NCBI GenBank assembly: GCA_020184695.1
Contig: JAANOX010000126.1
Coordinates: 645,897 to 709,896, forward strand
Direction of reading: 5' to 3'
Source: Histomonas meleagridis 2922-C6/04-290x
Lineage: Eukaryota; Protista; Parabasalia
DNA: 64,000 bases
Under the pieces are notes generated by a model that saw nothing but the letters and a program-made list of their open reading frames with translations, was not told the origin of the DNA and did not search any database. Both the position numbers and the translations under genes were made by a program. Shown in pieces: positions 35,951-47,989 of this stretch (position 1 is the first letter of the stretch; every line of letters starts with the position of its first letter).

Positions 35951-37657
35951 TTGCTAAAAAATATAAATACAAATTGTTATATTAAAATATTAAAAAATCT
36001 TAATCAAATTATCTTTCGATTAAATGAAAGAAATGTCGAGCAAACTGTTCAACAAACAATTGATTTTTTTGATTCAGTTTACCCATATTCATTTAATTTA
36101 ATTATTTGCAAATTAATTTATTTAGGATTTTATTGTCAAAGAGAAATAGATGTAAATATATATTTAAGATATATACAATTATTGCAAGTCAAAGAAGAAG
36201 AAATAATCAAGGAAAATATTAAAATTATTGATATTTTTACCCAACATATACTTAAAATCAAGTCACAAGAATCATATTATATTATTGAGAAGATGATCAA
36301 TTTGAATTTATGCAATAAAAGTATTACAAAAAATATTTCATCCAAATATTTTGCACATTACAAAACAGAAAGAGAAAGCCGAAATGTAGTAATTTTTCAA
36401 GATCCATTCGAGCAAAATTTTATAAGGCATTATGAAGAGCTTTCAAAGAATGATTGGGAACTTCATAAGAAATATATTGAAGAAGGAATTAATCCAAATG
36501 AAATTGCAAAAATCATTCGAAATGATGAAATAGAAAAACTTCAAGAAATATCATCACAAGAAAAGTTTGATTTTAATCAAAAAATCAGGCCATCACTTTA
36601 TGAAAGGTGTTCATTTATTAACAATTGGGATGTTACATTAATTGATTATGCAGCATTTTTTGGATCAATTAAATGTTTTAAATACCTATTATTAAATGGT
36701 TCTAATATTGATACAAGTAAGTATGCAATTGCAGGCGGAAATCTTGAAATAATTCATTTATGTGCACAAAATCATTCATCATTTGAAGATGCATATGAAA
36801 CAGCAATTAGATTCCATAAGAATGATATCTTTATATATGTATATGAAAATAATCTTGTGAAATTGCAAAGTGATTTCTTTAATAAAATTGCTATTTTTTG
36901 TATAAGAAATGAGAATTATGAAATACTTTCATTTTTGGAAGAAAAAGGAATTATAGAAATTGAAAACGATATTATCAATGAATCTGCATTATTTGGTAAT
37001 ATTTATCTTCTGAAACATTTTCTTCAAAGATATCAAATTCCTAAAAATATTTTGTGTTTTTCTGTGAATTCAGAAAACTTGGAACTTATTCATTATGTTC
37101 TTGAACAAAAAGGAATTAATATTAATGCTAAAACTATTTGTTTGTATTATTTAAAATATGTTTTAATAATTTAATAATTAAAAATATTATTTGGAAATTG
37201 TTTAAATTATTTGAAACACCACTTATGATAGCATGTGATAAAGGGTATGAAGAAATTGTAAAAATTCTTCTCCATAAAGAAGGAATTAATGTCAATGCTA
37301 AAGACATTCAATTGTTTTATTTAAATTTTATCTTTATTATATACTGTTTTAACATAATATTTGGAAATTGTTTAAGTTATTTAAAACAGCTCTTATGAGT
37401 GCATCAATACATGGCAACATTGATATAGTTAAAATACTTCTGGATCTAAAAGAAATTAATGTTAATGTTGAAGATGTTTATTTGTTTTATATGATGCTTA
37501 TTGTTGGAATTGAATATTTTATATCAATAATCAAAAATTATTCAAATAATTTTGGACAGCATTGATGTATGCATCCTTGGGTGGAAATGAAGAAATTGCT
37601 AAATTGCTTCTTAATCATGAAGGAGTTACATTTAAATTTAATAATGATTGGAGCTAA
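35951..37657 (+). CDS. DUF3447-ankyrin gene, locus 3 (3 spacers, all 80 nt)
   Basis: 407-aa ORF with the family core; spacers at 37136-37215, 37306-37385 and 37476-37555; last module ends with TAA at 37655-37657; start not resolved. Confidence 0.8.
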
Positions 37658-38787
37658 GTTTAAAATGAAATATGTTCATGTAAATACATGTGTAGAAAAA
37701 GTACTTTTAATAAAAATAAATAATCTTGCTTTAACTCAATAATGAGCATGAGACTTAGTTGTTTATTTATATTATCGTACAGAATAAATCTACAATAAAC
37801 ATTGTGTTTCAAATTGTACAGAATGTTGTTGTAATAGTTGCAGCATGCATTTTATCATGTTGTGTCGTTAAATATGCTTTAGATGCAGCTAAAGCTGATT
37901 CATCATAAAATACTTTATGTTTTATGTTTTTAAATTAATAATTTTTTTGTTATCAGTAATATATTAGAGAAATATTATTATACAATAAAGCAGAAAATTG
38001 CATAGATGAACTAAGAAGAATAATTATTATCCCCAGTAAAAAAACTCTGTTTTTGGTTTTAACAAAAAATTCTTTGCCAATCTTATGGAAGTATATGCAT
38101 AGTTCTCAAATTCATTTATGGTTTTGTTGAGCAGAAAATGATGATTGTAAATTTATTTGTTTTCTTTCTTCAATTATTACTTCTATCATATGACTATCTT
38201 TGATTTTCGATGGTTATGCACATTTTTGCTGACATGTTTTCGATATCAAAATAGGTGGCAAGAAAGAAATTTGTGCCATCATCCCAAAATAAAATAGTAA
38301 TGGCTTTCGATTCACATCACAACAAATGTATTTTGGGTTTCGCTTGTATCGACTTGTTAAACCAAAAACAAATTAACTTCCCGAACGAAATGAAAAGCAA
38401 ACATAAGTATGTTCCATTTATCGGCTTTGTCATTAAACATATTGAATGGGAAAAGTAAATAACAATTCTTCTCGAGGACGACAGCTCCTCCTGTAATGAT
38501 AAAATCGGGGCATGATTCGCACCCCAAATCGTAGTTACGTCGTTTTTTGAATGCACTCTCAATCCAATACAATCAATTTCAACACAAATGTAGTTATAAA
38601 AAGACGATCAGTATTCAACCTGTTTGGGGAGTACGTCTTTATTGTTTGCTGACTATGAATCTTCAGCTGAAAAATGATGATTCATAACAGCACGTGTATG
38701 TGTTGGTAAAATTGAATTGTTGTAAATACATGTTTTTGCATTTGAAATAAGCACCTGCTCAATCATTTGAAAAGTTATTTGAATATT

Positions 38788-41700
38788 ATGAACGATCACA
38801 TTCATTTCTTCTTGAATGAGCCGAAAAGATAACTATATTACATTATTAAAAGAACTTGAATCAATTATTTTCGATATAAATGAAGATAACATTGAATCAA
38901 AAGGTGAAAGTGCCATGAATTTATTTGATATTAATTTTCCATATTCATCTAATCTTATCATTTCACGTTTAATATATAAACCTTTATAGTTCAAAAGAAA
39001 GATATTAAAATATATTTATTATTCATAAATATAATTAAGTCAAAAGAAGAATCAATTCAAGAAAATTATAACATAATCGAAACTTTTACACATTTTCTTC
39101 TTCAATTAAATTCGCAAGAATCATATTATTTTCTAGATAACATGATTGAAGAAAATTATATTTCTTCTAATGTAGTTCAAACAAAAAACACATTATATTT
39201 TGCACATTATTTTACTGAAACAAAAATTATTCAATTCAGAAATTCTGAAAAAGTAAATATAAATTTTTATAGATATTGAAGATCTTAAAAAAGAAAACTG
39301 GAAGCTACATAAACAACTTATTAAAGAAGGAATTAATCCTATGCCTGTTATTAAATCGATTCGTAATGATGATATTGATCAACTTCAAGAAATTTCATCA
39401 CAAGATGATTTTGATTTTAATCAAATAATTGAACCATCACTTTATGAAGTTTTTTCATTTGTTAATAAAAAAAATGAAAATGTTACCTTAATTGCGTATG
39501 CAGCATTTTTTGGATCTATTAAATGTTTTAAATATTTACTTATGAATGGTTCCAAATTAAATAATATAGGTAAATATGCAGTTGCAGGTGGAAATATAGA
39601 GATTATTCATTTATGTGAACAAAATAAATGTACTTTTAACCAAGTTCATGAAATTGCTTTAGAATTTCATCGGAATGATGTCTTTGATTATTTTTATAAG
39701 AAAAACACTATTAAAATCAAAGAATTCACTCAATTAGAAATTGAATGTATCAAAAATGATAATTATTCTTTATTTATATCTTTATTAGATAATATAAAGT
39801 CAAAATTTTATATAAATATCATTAATGAAACAGCAAAAATTGGTAATATTTTTTTAGTGAAATATTTTATGAATGATTGTAAACTTCAAAAGAAAACTTT
39901 AACTTGTGCAACAGAGTCAGGAAATTTCGAATTAATGAAATTTCTTCTTGAACAAAAAGGAATTGATATTAACTATGGAAATTTTTATTTTATTTTAGAA
40001 TTCCTAAATCATATTTGGGATCAATTTAAATTATTTGAAACAGCACTTATGATTTCATCTTCAAATGGTCATATAGATATAGTTAAATTACTGCTTGAAC
40101 ATAAAGGAATTAATATTAATGCTAAAGATATTTATATTATTTGCATAAAGTATTTTAGTACAACATAATGTTTTTATGTTTAATTCGGTAAAACATCTTT
40201 AATTCTAGCATCTGAAAATGGTAATACTGAATTGGTTAAGCTACTTCTTGAACAAGAAGGAATTGATATTAACACTAAAAATATTTATTTGTTTTATTTG
40301 ATTTTTATTTTAATATTTTTGGATAACAAAATAATATTTGGAAAATATCTAAATTATTTAGAACAGCACTTATGGTTGCTTCTGGATGTGGTTATACAGA
40401 AATAGTAAAATTACTTCTTGAACAAAAAGGAATTGATATTAATGCCAAAGATATTTATTTGTTTTATTTGATATTTATTAAAATAATTTAGTATTTTAAA
40501 ATAGTATTTGGAAATTATTTAAAATATTATGTTCAGCACTTTTTTGGGCATCTAATATAGAAATTGTTAAATTACTTCTTGAACAAGAAGGAATTGATAT
40601 TAATGCTAAAAATGAAATTTATTTTAATAATTTTTTATTTCAAAATAATATTTGGAAATTAATTAAATTATATGATACAGCACTTATTATAGCATCTAAA
40701 AAAGGCCATACAGAAATAGTTAAATTCCTTCTTGAACAAGAAGGAATTGATATTAATATTAAAGATATTTATTTGTTTTATTTATTATTTATTTGAATAA
40801 TTTTATGTTTCAAAATAATATTTCAAAATTATTTAAATTATTTAGAACAGCACTTATGTATGCATCTTCAAATGATCATACAGAAATAGCCAAATTACTT
40901 CTTGAACAAGAAGGAATTGATATTAATGCTAAAGATATTTATTTGTTTTGTTTTATATTTATTTTAATAATTTTCTATTTCAAAATAATATTTGGAAATT
41001 ATTTAAATTATCTGAAACAGCACTTATTAGAGCATCTTTTTATGGTTATATAGAAATAGTTAAATTACTTCTTGAACAAGAAGGAATTGATATTAATGCT
41101 TTAGCTATTTATTTGTTTTATTTATTATTTATTTTATTCATTTCATATTTCAAAATAATATTTGGTAGTTATTAAAAATATTTTACACAGCACTTATTAT
41201 AGCATCTAAAAAAGGCCATACAGAAATAGTTAAATTCCTTCTTGGACAAAAAGGAATTGATATTAATGCTAAAGATATCGTTTATATGTGTTATTTGATA
41301 TTTCAAATTTAAAATTTGGAAATTATTTATATTATTTATTACAGCACTTATGTGGGCATCTTTAAATGGACATACAGAAATAGTTAAATTGCTGCTTGAA
41401 CATAAAGGAATTAATATTAATGCTAAAGATATTTATATTATTTGCATAAAGTATTTTAGTACAACATAATGTTTTTATGTTTAATTCGGTAAAACATCTT
41501 TAATTCTAGCATCTGAAAATGGTAATACTGAATTGGTTAAGCTACTTCTTGAACATGAAGGAATTGATATTAACACTAAAGGTATTTATTTGTTTTATTT
41601 GATTTTTATTTTAATATTTTTGGATAACAAAATAATATTTAGAAATTATTTAAATTATTTTGGACTGCACTTATGAGAGCATCTTATAATGGTCATACAG

Positions 41701-42545
41701 AAATAGTAAAATTACTTCTTGAACAAAAAGGAATTGATATTAATGCTAAAAATGAAATTTATTTTAATAATTTTTTATTTCAAAATAATATTTGGAAAAT
41801 ATCTAAATTATTTAGAACAGCACTTATTATAGCATCTAAAAAAGGCCATACAGAAATAGTTAAATTCCTTCTTGGACAAAAAGGAATTGATATTAATGCT
41901 AAAGATATTTATTTGTTTTATTTGATATTTATTAAAATAATTTAGTATTTTAAAATAGTATTTGGAAATTATTTAAAATATTATGTTCAGCACTTTTTTG
42001 GGCATCTAATATAGAAATTGTTAAATTACTTCTTGAACAAGAAGGAATTGATATTAATGCTAAAAATGAAATTTATTTTAATAATTTTTTATTTCAAAAT
42101 AATATTTGGAAATTAATTAAATTATATGATACAGCACTTATTATAGCATCTAAAAAAGGCCATACAGAAATAGTTAAATTCCTTCTTGGACAAAAAGGAA
42201 TTGATATTAATGCTAAAGATATCGTTTATATGTGTTATTTGATATTTCAAATTTAAAATTTGGAAATTATTTATATTATTTATTACAGCACTTATGTGGG
42301 CATCTTTAAATGGACATACAGAAATAGTTAAATTGCTGCTTGAACATAAAGGAATTAATATTAATGCTAAAGATGTAATTTATTTTAATAATTTGATATC
42401 TCAAAATAATATTTGGAAATTATTTATATTATTTAGTACAGCAATTACTTTAGCATCTGAAAATGGTCATCAAGAAATTGTTAAATTACTTCATGAACAC
42501 AAAGGAATTGATTCAAATATTTCGAGATCTATAAATAAAAAATAA
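38788..42545 (+). CDS. DUF3447-ankyrin gene, locus 4 (16 spacers; N-terminus disrupted)
   Basis: The N-terminal region 38788-39340 has a TAG and frameshifts. ORF 39341-40168 holds the core, and modules continue to TAA at 42543-42545. Spacer lengths: 57,63,80,80,63,80,80,80,64,63,80,63,80,63,64,63. Confidence 0.75.
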
Positions 42546-43126
42546 ATAAAATTTGAAAATATATTTTCATTATTTACTTCTCATTTACGATTAGTTTATA
42601 ATATTAAAAAATATTGTAGATATTATTTTGCTTCGATTTTTAATTAGTATATAACGAATAAATAATATCATGTTTCGCACCTTTACATTAAAAATGAAAA
42701 AATATAAAATTTCATATTTTTGATCGTTTTGGATATAAAATATTTTATTAATATAATCTACATCTTATTTATAAACATATGAGTAAAGAGAATTAAATCA
42801 AATGAAAAATGTTTGAAATCCCATTTTTGATGAATTCCAATTTTTTCATTTTAAACATAAAAAATTGAACAAAACAAATCACATATAAGATATCACTACA
42901 CAAAGGAGTGCATATTCTTATATGTATTTATAAAAAATTGAAAAATTAAATTTGTCTGCACTATTTATCGTTCCATTTTTCTTGTAAATAACATCTCATT
43001 CCATAAAGGAAAAAATTTATCTAAAATTATACACAATAAAACATTTGAAAATTATATTTACTTTGTTTGAATATTTTCGGATTCCGCATTCGACATCTTT
43101 GACTGCTTCTAAAAATATTACAAAAA

Positions 43127-43768
43127 CTAAAATTTTATTATTTCTTCAACAAGCGGTTGAGTATTTATATTTTCTAGTAATGAAACTTCAAATATTTTGT
43201 AATCATAATCTTTCTTGTGTTTTTCACATTTTTCCTTTAAATCATCTAATGAAAATAATTTTTCATATGATTTATCACTTTTGTTATTGTATACAATAAT
43301 AAACTGAGGTTTACCAAGTAAATCTCGAATTTGCTCTAATGCATCGAAGGTTTTTAAACAATTAGGTTGATCAGGACTACAAACAATAATTATCTTATCT
43401 GAATCACGGACTATCATATTATATAATTTTGAATATTCTTCATCTCCTCCTACATCCCATACATTAATTTGTTTCTTGTCATCATTTATAATAAAGAGAT
43501 CTGTTCCTAGAGTTGGTTTATAATCACCATGATCAATGCCTTGTAAAAGTTCACAAAGAGTTGTTTTTCCTGTTGTACCCATACCAATAATAGTGATTTT
43601 CTTTGGCTGAGTGTTTTTCTCAATAAAAATATCAGGTTTATCAGGTTTATCAGGACACCCTGTGTGACCCAAATATCGCCCCCACCTACCTCTTGCAACG
43701 TAGGGTCCATCATTAAATGAACGTATCCTGTAGACAGCGCTTTCGAGAGCACCCATTTGGATAGTCAA
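43127..43768 (-). CDS. Divergent Ras-superfamily (Rab/Roc-like) small GTPase
   Basis: GMGTTGKTT, PTLG, WDVGG, NNKSD, EVSLLE; no CAAX. Confidence 0.78.
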   Translation of the reverse strand: MTIQMGALESAVYRIRSFNDGPYVARGRWGRYLGHTGCPDKPDKPDIFIEKNTQPKKITIIGMGTTGKTTLCELLQGIDHGDYKPTLGTDLFIINDDKKQINVWDVGGDEEYSKLYNMIVRDSDKIIIVCSPDQPNCLKTFDALEQIRDLLGKPQFIIVYNNKSDKSYEKLFSLDDLKEKCEKHKKDYDYKIFEVSLLENINTQPLVEEIIKF

Positions 43769-44726
43769 ATAAATTGGAAATGGATTGAATACTTATCGTC
43801 GTTATAACGATCAATTTCAATTTAAAGAACTAGATTTTTCATTATTTATTTGGCCAGCCGGCTTGATCAAATCAAAAAGAGAGGGGATGGAAATGCACAT
43901 TGTGACAGTGATATCAGTGGAATTTCTTACGAGATAGGATTCAATTCATTTGCTATTCGGCTGGAATTCAAAGTGCAACATTTGGAATGTCGAACACAGG
44001 CACTTCAATTGGTGAAAGTGCATTTTGATAATGTTCTTCAGTTGCTTCAATTGTGTATTCTTCATTTTATTCATGTTAGCAAATATTTGTTAAATAAATA
44101 TTTAATGAACCATCAAATTTTTTTGGCAAAACTTTTAATTATTGTTTGTTGGATTATTTTAATTTTTGCCAACTATTATAGCTCACTTGTAATCTATCTG
44201 TAAAAAGATCTGATGTTTTATATTTATTATGCAGATATGATTTAGATAATATTATTTCATTTTAAGGAAATTTTTGGCATTGTAAAAAAAGAGGTTCATG
44301 CTTTATTTAAAATTAATCGACTTGTTTATGGGCTTATAATCATTTCATACGAAAAATTATAAAAATACCACTAACGTCAGAAAACAGGAAAAAGTTTCAA
44401 GAATATACAACAAATGATATTCCTATTATAATAGGGTTAATAATTGCTGATATTTATGAAAATAACTCATTAAATGCGTTTAGAATTTGGAGCTTTTCAG
44501 ACATTCATCCAAGTTTTAGTATGTAGCTAAATAATTATATTCAAAAAGTTTAGTTCTAGCAATAACATTGTTGTTTGTTTTAATGGTCTTTATAGAAATG
44601 AAAGCGGAAAGCAAGGAAAATAGTGCAAAAAACAGCTTTGTATCTTTATGGTTATTTTATTATTTCAACTCGTCTACAAATAGGACGTGGTCTGGCCAGA
44701 AGTTCACTATTTTAAATGTTCCCCTA

Positions 44727-44770
44727 TACAGGGGTGACAATCGGATTTGAATGGAAAACGATTAAAGTGA
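44727..44770 (+). mobile_element. Possible Tc1/mariner-like terminus (TA|CAGGGGTGACAATCGG)
   Basis: TA followed by CAGGGGTG resembles Tc1/mariner TIR starts; no partner end found in the window. Confidence 0.3.
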
Positions 44771-45117
44771 ATATACTACTCAATTGATTTTAGTCACTTT
44801 CTTGGCCCCCCCCCCAAAAAAAAAAAAAAAAAAAAAAAATAACAAAAATCATTGACATAGCCTTTTTAACAAAAATAATGAACTGGAACTGAAAGGCTGA
44901 TGATTATATTCATTAGATCTCCATTATGTCCAATTCAATCTGATTTTAGAATAAAGACGATCATAAATATCACAAATTTATGAAATTGACTGTTAAAAGA
45001 ATCGATTCCATTTTGAAAGACAAATTTTAAATAAAAAACATACTGTTTTCACAATGAAAAATAATATGTGACTAAAAAAAATGTAAAACGCTTCAAATTA
45101 AACACTTTTTTAGGAAA

Positions 45118-45257
45118 TGGACAATTTTTCTGGACAATGGACAATTTTATGTCCGATGGACAAAATTACTGGCTTATGAACGTTTATTAATTATGGCGGT
45201 TTTTTCTGTGGACAATTTTTTATGGCCAATGGACATTTTTTGCTGTCCGGGACTGTA
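45118..45257 (-). mobile_element. Possible DNA-transposon end with six TGGACA subterminal repeats
   Basis: TGGACA at 45118, 45131, 45138, 45157, 45209 and 45230; ends GGGACTG|TA (minus strand TA|CAGTCCCGGACA). Confidence 0.45.
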
Positions 45258-45408
45258 TATTGAATTTTAAAGAAACAATATCTTAAATTTTAGTCGGTAA
45301 AAGTTTTTTTAATTGTTAAATTTCATTGAAATAAGTATGTATACTAAAATTCTATATATTTTAATTTTTTTTTTGTTTGTCAAATTTTTTGAATAGGTTT
45401 AAATAAAC

Positions 45409-47746
45409 ATGCATGATGACTATATTTATCAAGATAGAGATGAATTAGAATTCCTGATTTTATTGCAGCTTAAAATTTTTGGAATGAACAATGAAAATCT
45501 TATGCAAACAGTAAATTCAATTGAAATACTTGAAGAAAAACAACAGTTAACATTGAACATAATCGTCAGTCAAATGATATATTCTTGTTTCGTTATTAAG
45601 CCAAATAGATCTCATATCATTTTAAATTTCATAAAAGAAATTCTAGTGTTTGAGGTGAATAACAAAAATAAAATAAATTTTTTTGATGTATTGATCCAAT
45701 TTCTTTTAGAAAAATATACACAAGAATCAAATTATCTGATATGTAAATTGATTGAAAATAATTTTCTTGAACCAAAAATTATTGAAAATAGAAAAAACTT
45801 GTATTTTATTCATTATAAGTCAGAAGAAGAAATTAATGAATTGCTTAAAACTAAACGATTTATGGGTCAAATTAAAGAAAACATTGAAAAACTATCAAAA
45901 AATGATTGGGAACTTCATAAACAATTAATTAAAGAAGGAGTAAACCCTAATGAAATTGCAAAAATAATTCGAAATGATGAATTAGAAAAACTTCAAGAAA
46001 TATCATCACAAACAAATTTTGATTTTAACCAAATAATCGAGCCATCACTTTATGAAAGATGTTCATTTATTAATAAAAAAAATGTTACATTAATTGATTA
46101 TGCGGCATTTTTTTCTGCTGTTAAATGTTTTAAATATTTGCTTATGAACAATGCTAATGTAAATAACACAGGTAAATACGCAGCTGCAAGTGGAAATAAT
46201 GAAATTATTCATTTATGTGAACAGAATCATTCATCATTTGAAGGTTCTTTAGAAGCAGCAATTATATTTCACCAAAATGATATTTTCAAATATATTTATG
46301 AAAATAAAACCATTAAAATTAAAAGTTTAGAAGAATTAGGAAAGAAATGTATTTTATATCATAACTATGAACTTTTTTCATATTTAATTAATAAAAAAAT
46401 GAAAATCAACAATTATATTATTAATGAAACAGCAAGATTTGGAAACTTATTTCTTGTTAAATATTTTCGTAAATTCAATCAACTTCCTAAAAATATTTTA
46501 GTTTTTTCAGCACAATCTGGAAATATCGAACTTGTAAAATATGTTTTAAGACAAAAAAGAATGAATATAAATTTCAAAGATATTTATTTTCAGATTTTAA
46601 TTTTGGATTTTTCTAAATACATTTAAAACTGCACTTATGTACGCATCTGAAAAAGGTTATTCTGAAATTATTAAATTACTTCTCACACAAAGAGAAATTG
46701 ATATCAATTTTAAAAATCTTAATTTGTTATATTTGATATTGGTTTTGGGATTATGAGATTTCGAAATAATATATGGAATTTTTAAAAGTTATATATGAGC
46801 TCACTTCTTTTTGCATCTTCAAAAGGCTACACATCAATTATTAAATTACTTATTAGAAACAAAGGAATCAATATTAATGATAAAGATATTTTTTTGATTC
46901 ATTTAAATTTTTTATTATTAATATGATATTTGATGCTAATAATTGGATTTTAATAAAATTATGTAACACTGCGCTTATCTATGCAGTTAAAAATAGTTAT
47001 ACTGAAATATTAAAATTACTTCTTAGTCAAAAAAGATTTAATATTAATATGAAAAATATTTTTATGTTTGAGTTAATGTTTATTTTAGATATTTAATATT
47101 TTATGAAAACTTGTGGTAATTTATCATTATATTTAAAACAGCACTTATTATAGGAGCAAAAAGAGGATACAAAAAACTCGTTAAATTACTTCTTGATCAC
47201 AAAGGAATTGATATTAACTCCAAAGACGTTTATATGTTTTGTACAAAATTTATTTAAATTGCATAATATTTTAAATACATATTTGAAAATTACTCAACTC
47301 ATTTAAAACAGCACTTATATATGCATCTGAAAAAGGTTACATAGAAATTGTAAAATTACTTCTTGAACAAAAAGGAATTGATATTAATACTAAAGATGTA
47401 TATTTATTTAACTTTATATTAATGATAATAATTTTTAGTTTAGATATGAAATTTGGAAATTATTCAAAAATTTTAATACACCTCTTATGATTGCATCTGA
47501 AAAAGGTTACATAGAAATAGTAAAAGTACTTCTTGTACAAAAAGAAATTGATATTAATGCAAATATTTTTTTGTTTTATTTTGTATTTGTTTTAATAATT
47601 TTATGTTTTTGGTTAATATTTGGAAATTGTTCAAAGCATTTAAAACAGCATCTATTTATGCATTAGAAAAAGGTCACACTGAAATAGTGGAATTATTTTC
47701 CAAACAAGAAGAAATTGATACTAATACTAAAAATATTTTATTTTAA
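45409..47746 (+). CDS. DUF3447-ankyrin gene, locus 5 (intact N-terminal ORF, 7 spacers)
   Basis: 405-aa ORF from an ATG; spacer lengths 46,80,80,80,80,80,80; final TAA at 47744-47746. Confidence 0.82.
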
Positions 47747-47989
47747 CAATTTCAAGATTCATAAAATGTATGATAACTGGAAATATTAAATAAATAAATT
47801 AAATCGCGATTCATATTATGAAGTTCATTTTAATACTTACATGTATTCCAAGAAACCCCAACTTTAACAGCTTACATGAAATCTCTGGATGCGGATAAAT
47901 GTTTGTAATAGAAAAATTTACAGTAAAAGATGGAAAGGGCTGGAACCCTAGTGAAATAGCCAGTTTTTGTTAACTCGAAAGCATAAAGC

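Noticed and set aside
40291-40361. GT...AG reading of a spacer (71 nt, restores frame)
   Set aside because: AG at that position occurs in only 7 of 49 spacers, the GT is often absent, and there is no ACTAAC branch motif. Using the AG inside ACAG of the Thr/Ala codons breaks the frame.
43850-44203. 117-aa ORF with a TTG start
   Set aside because: Non-ATG start, low complexity and no motifs; likely spurious or relic DNA.
44370-44380. ACTAACGTCAG, resembling a parabasalid branch site plus 3' splice site
   Set aside because: One nt shorter than the usual spacing, with no matching 5' site or coding context.
44729-45255. One complete TIR element bounded by the two TA-CAG ends
   Set aside because: The ends (CAGGGGTGACAA versus CAGTCCCGGACA) are not inverted copies of each other.
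2215-47644. Stop-codon reassignment or readthrough explaining the arrays
   Set aside because: 39 of 49 spacers shift the frame, and all intact genes end normally, mostly at TAA.
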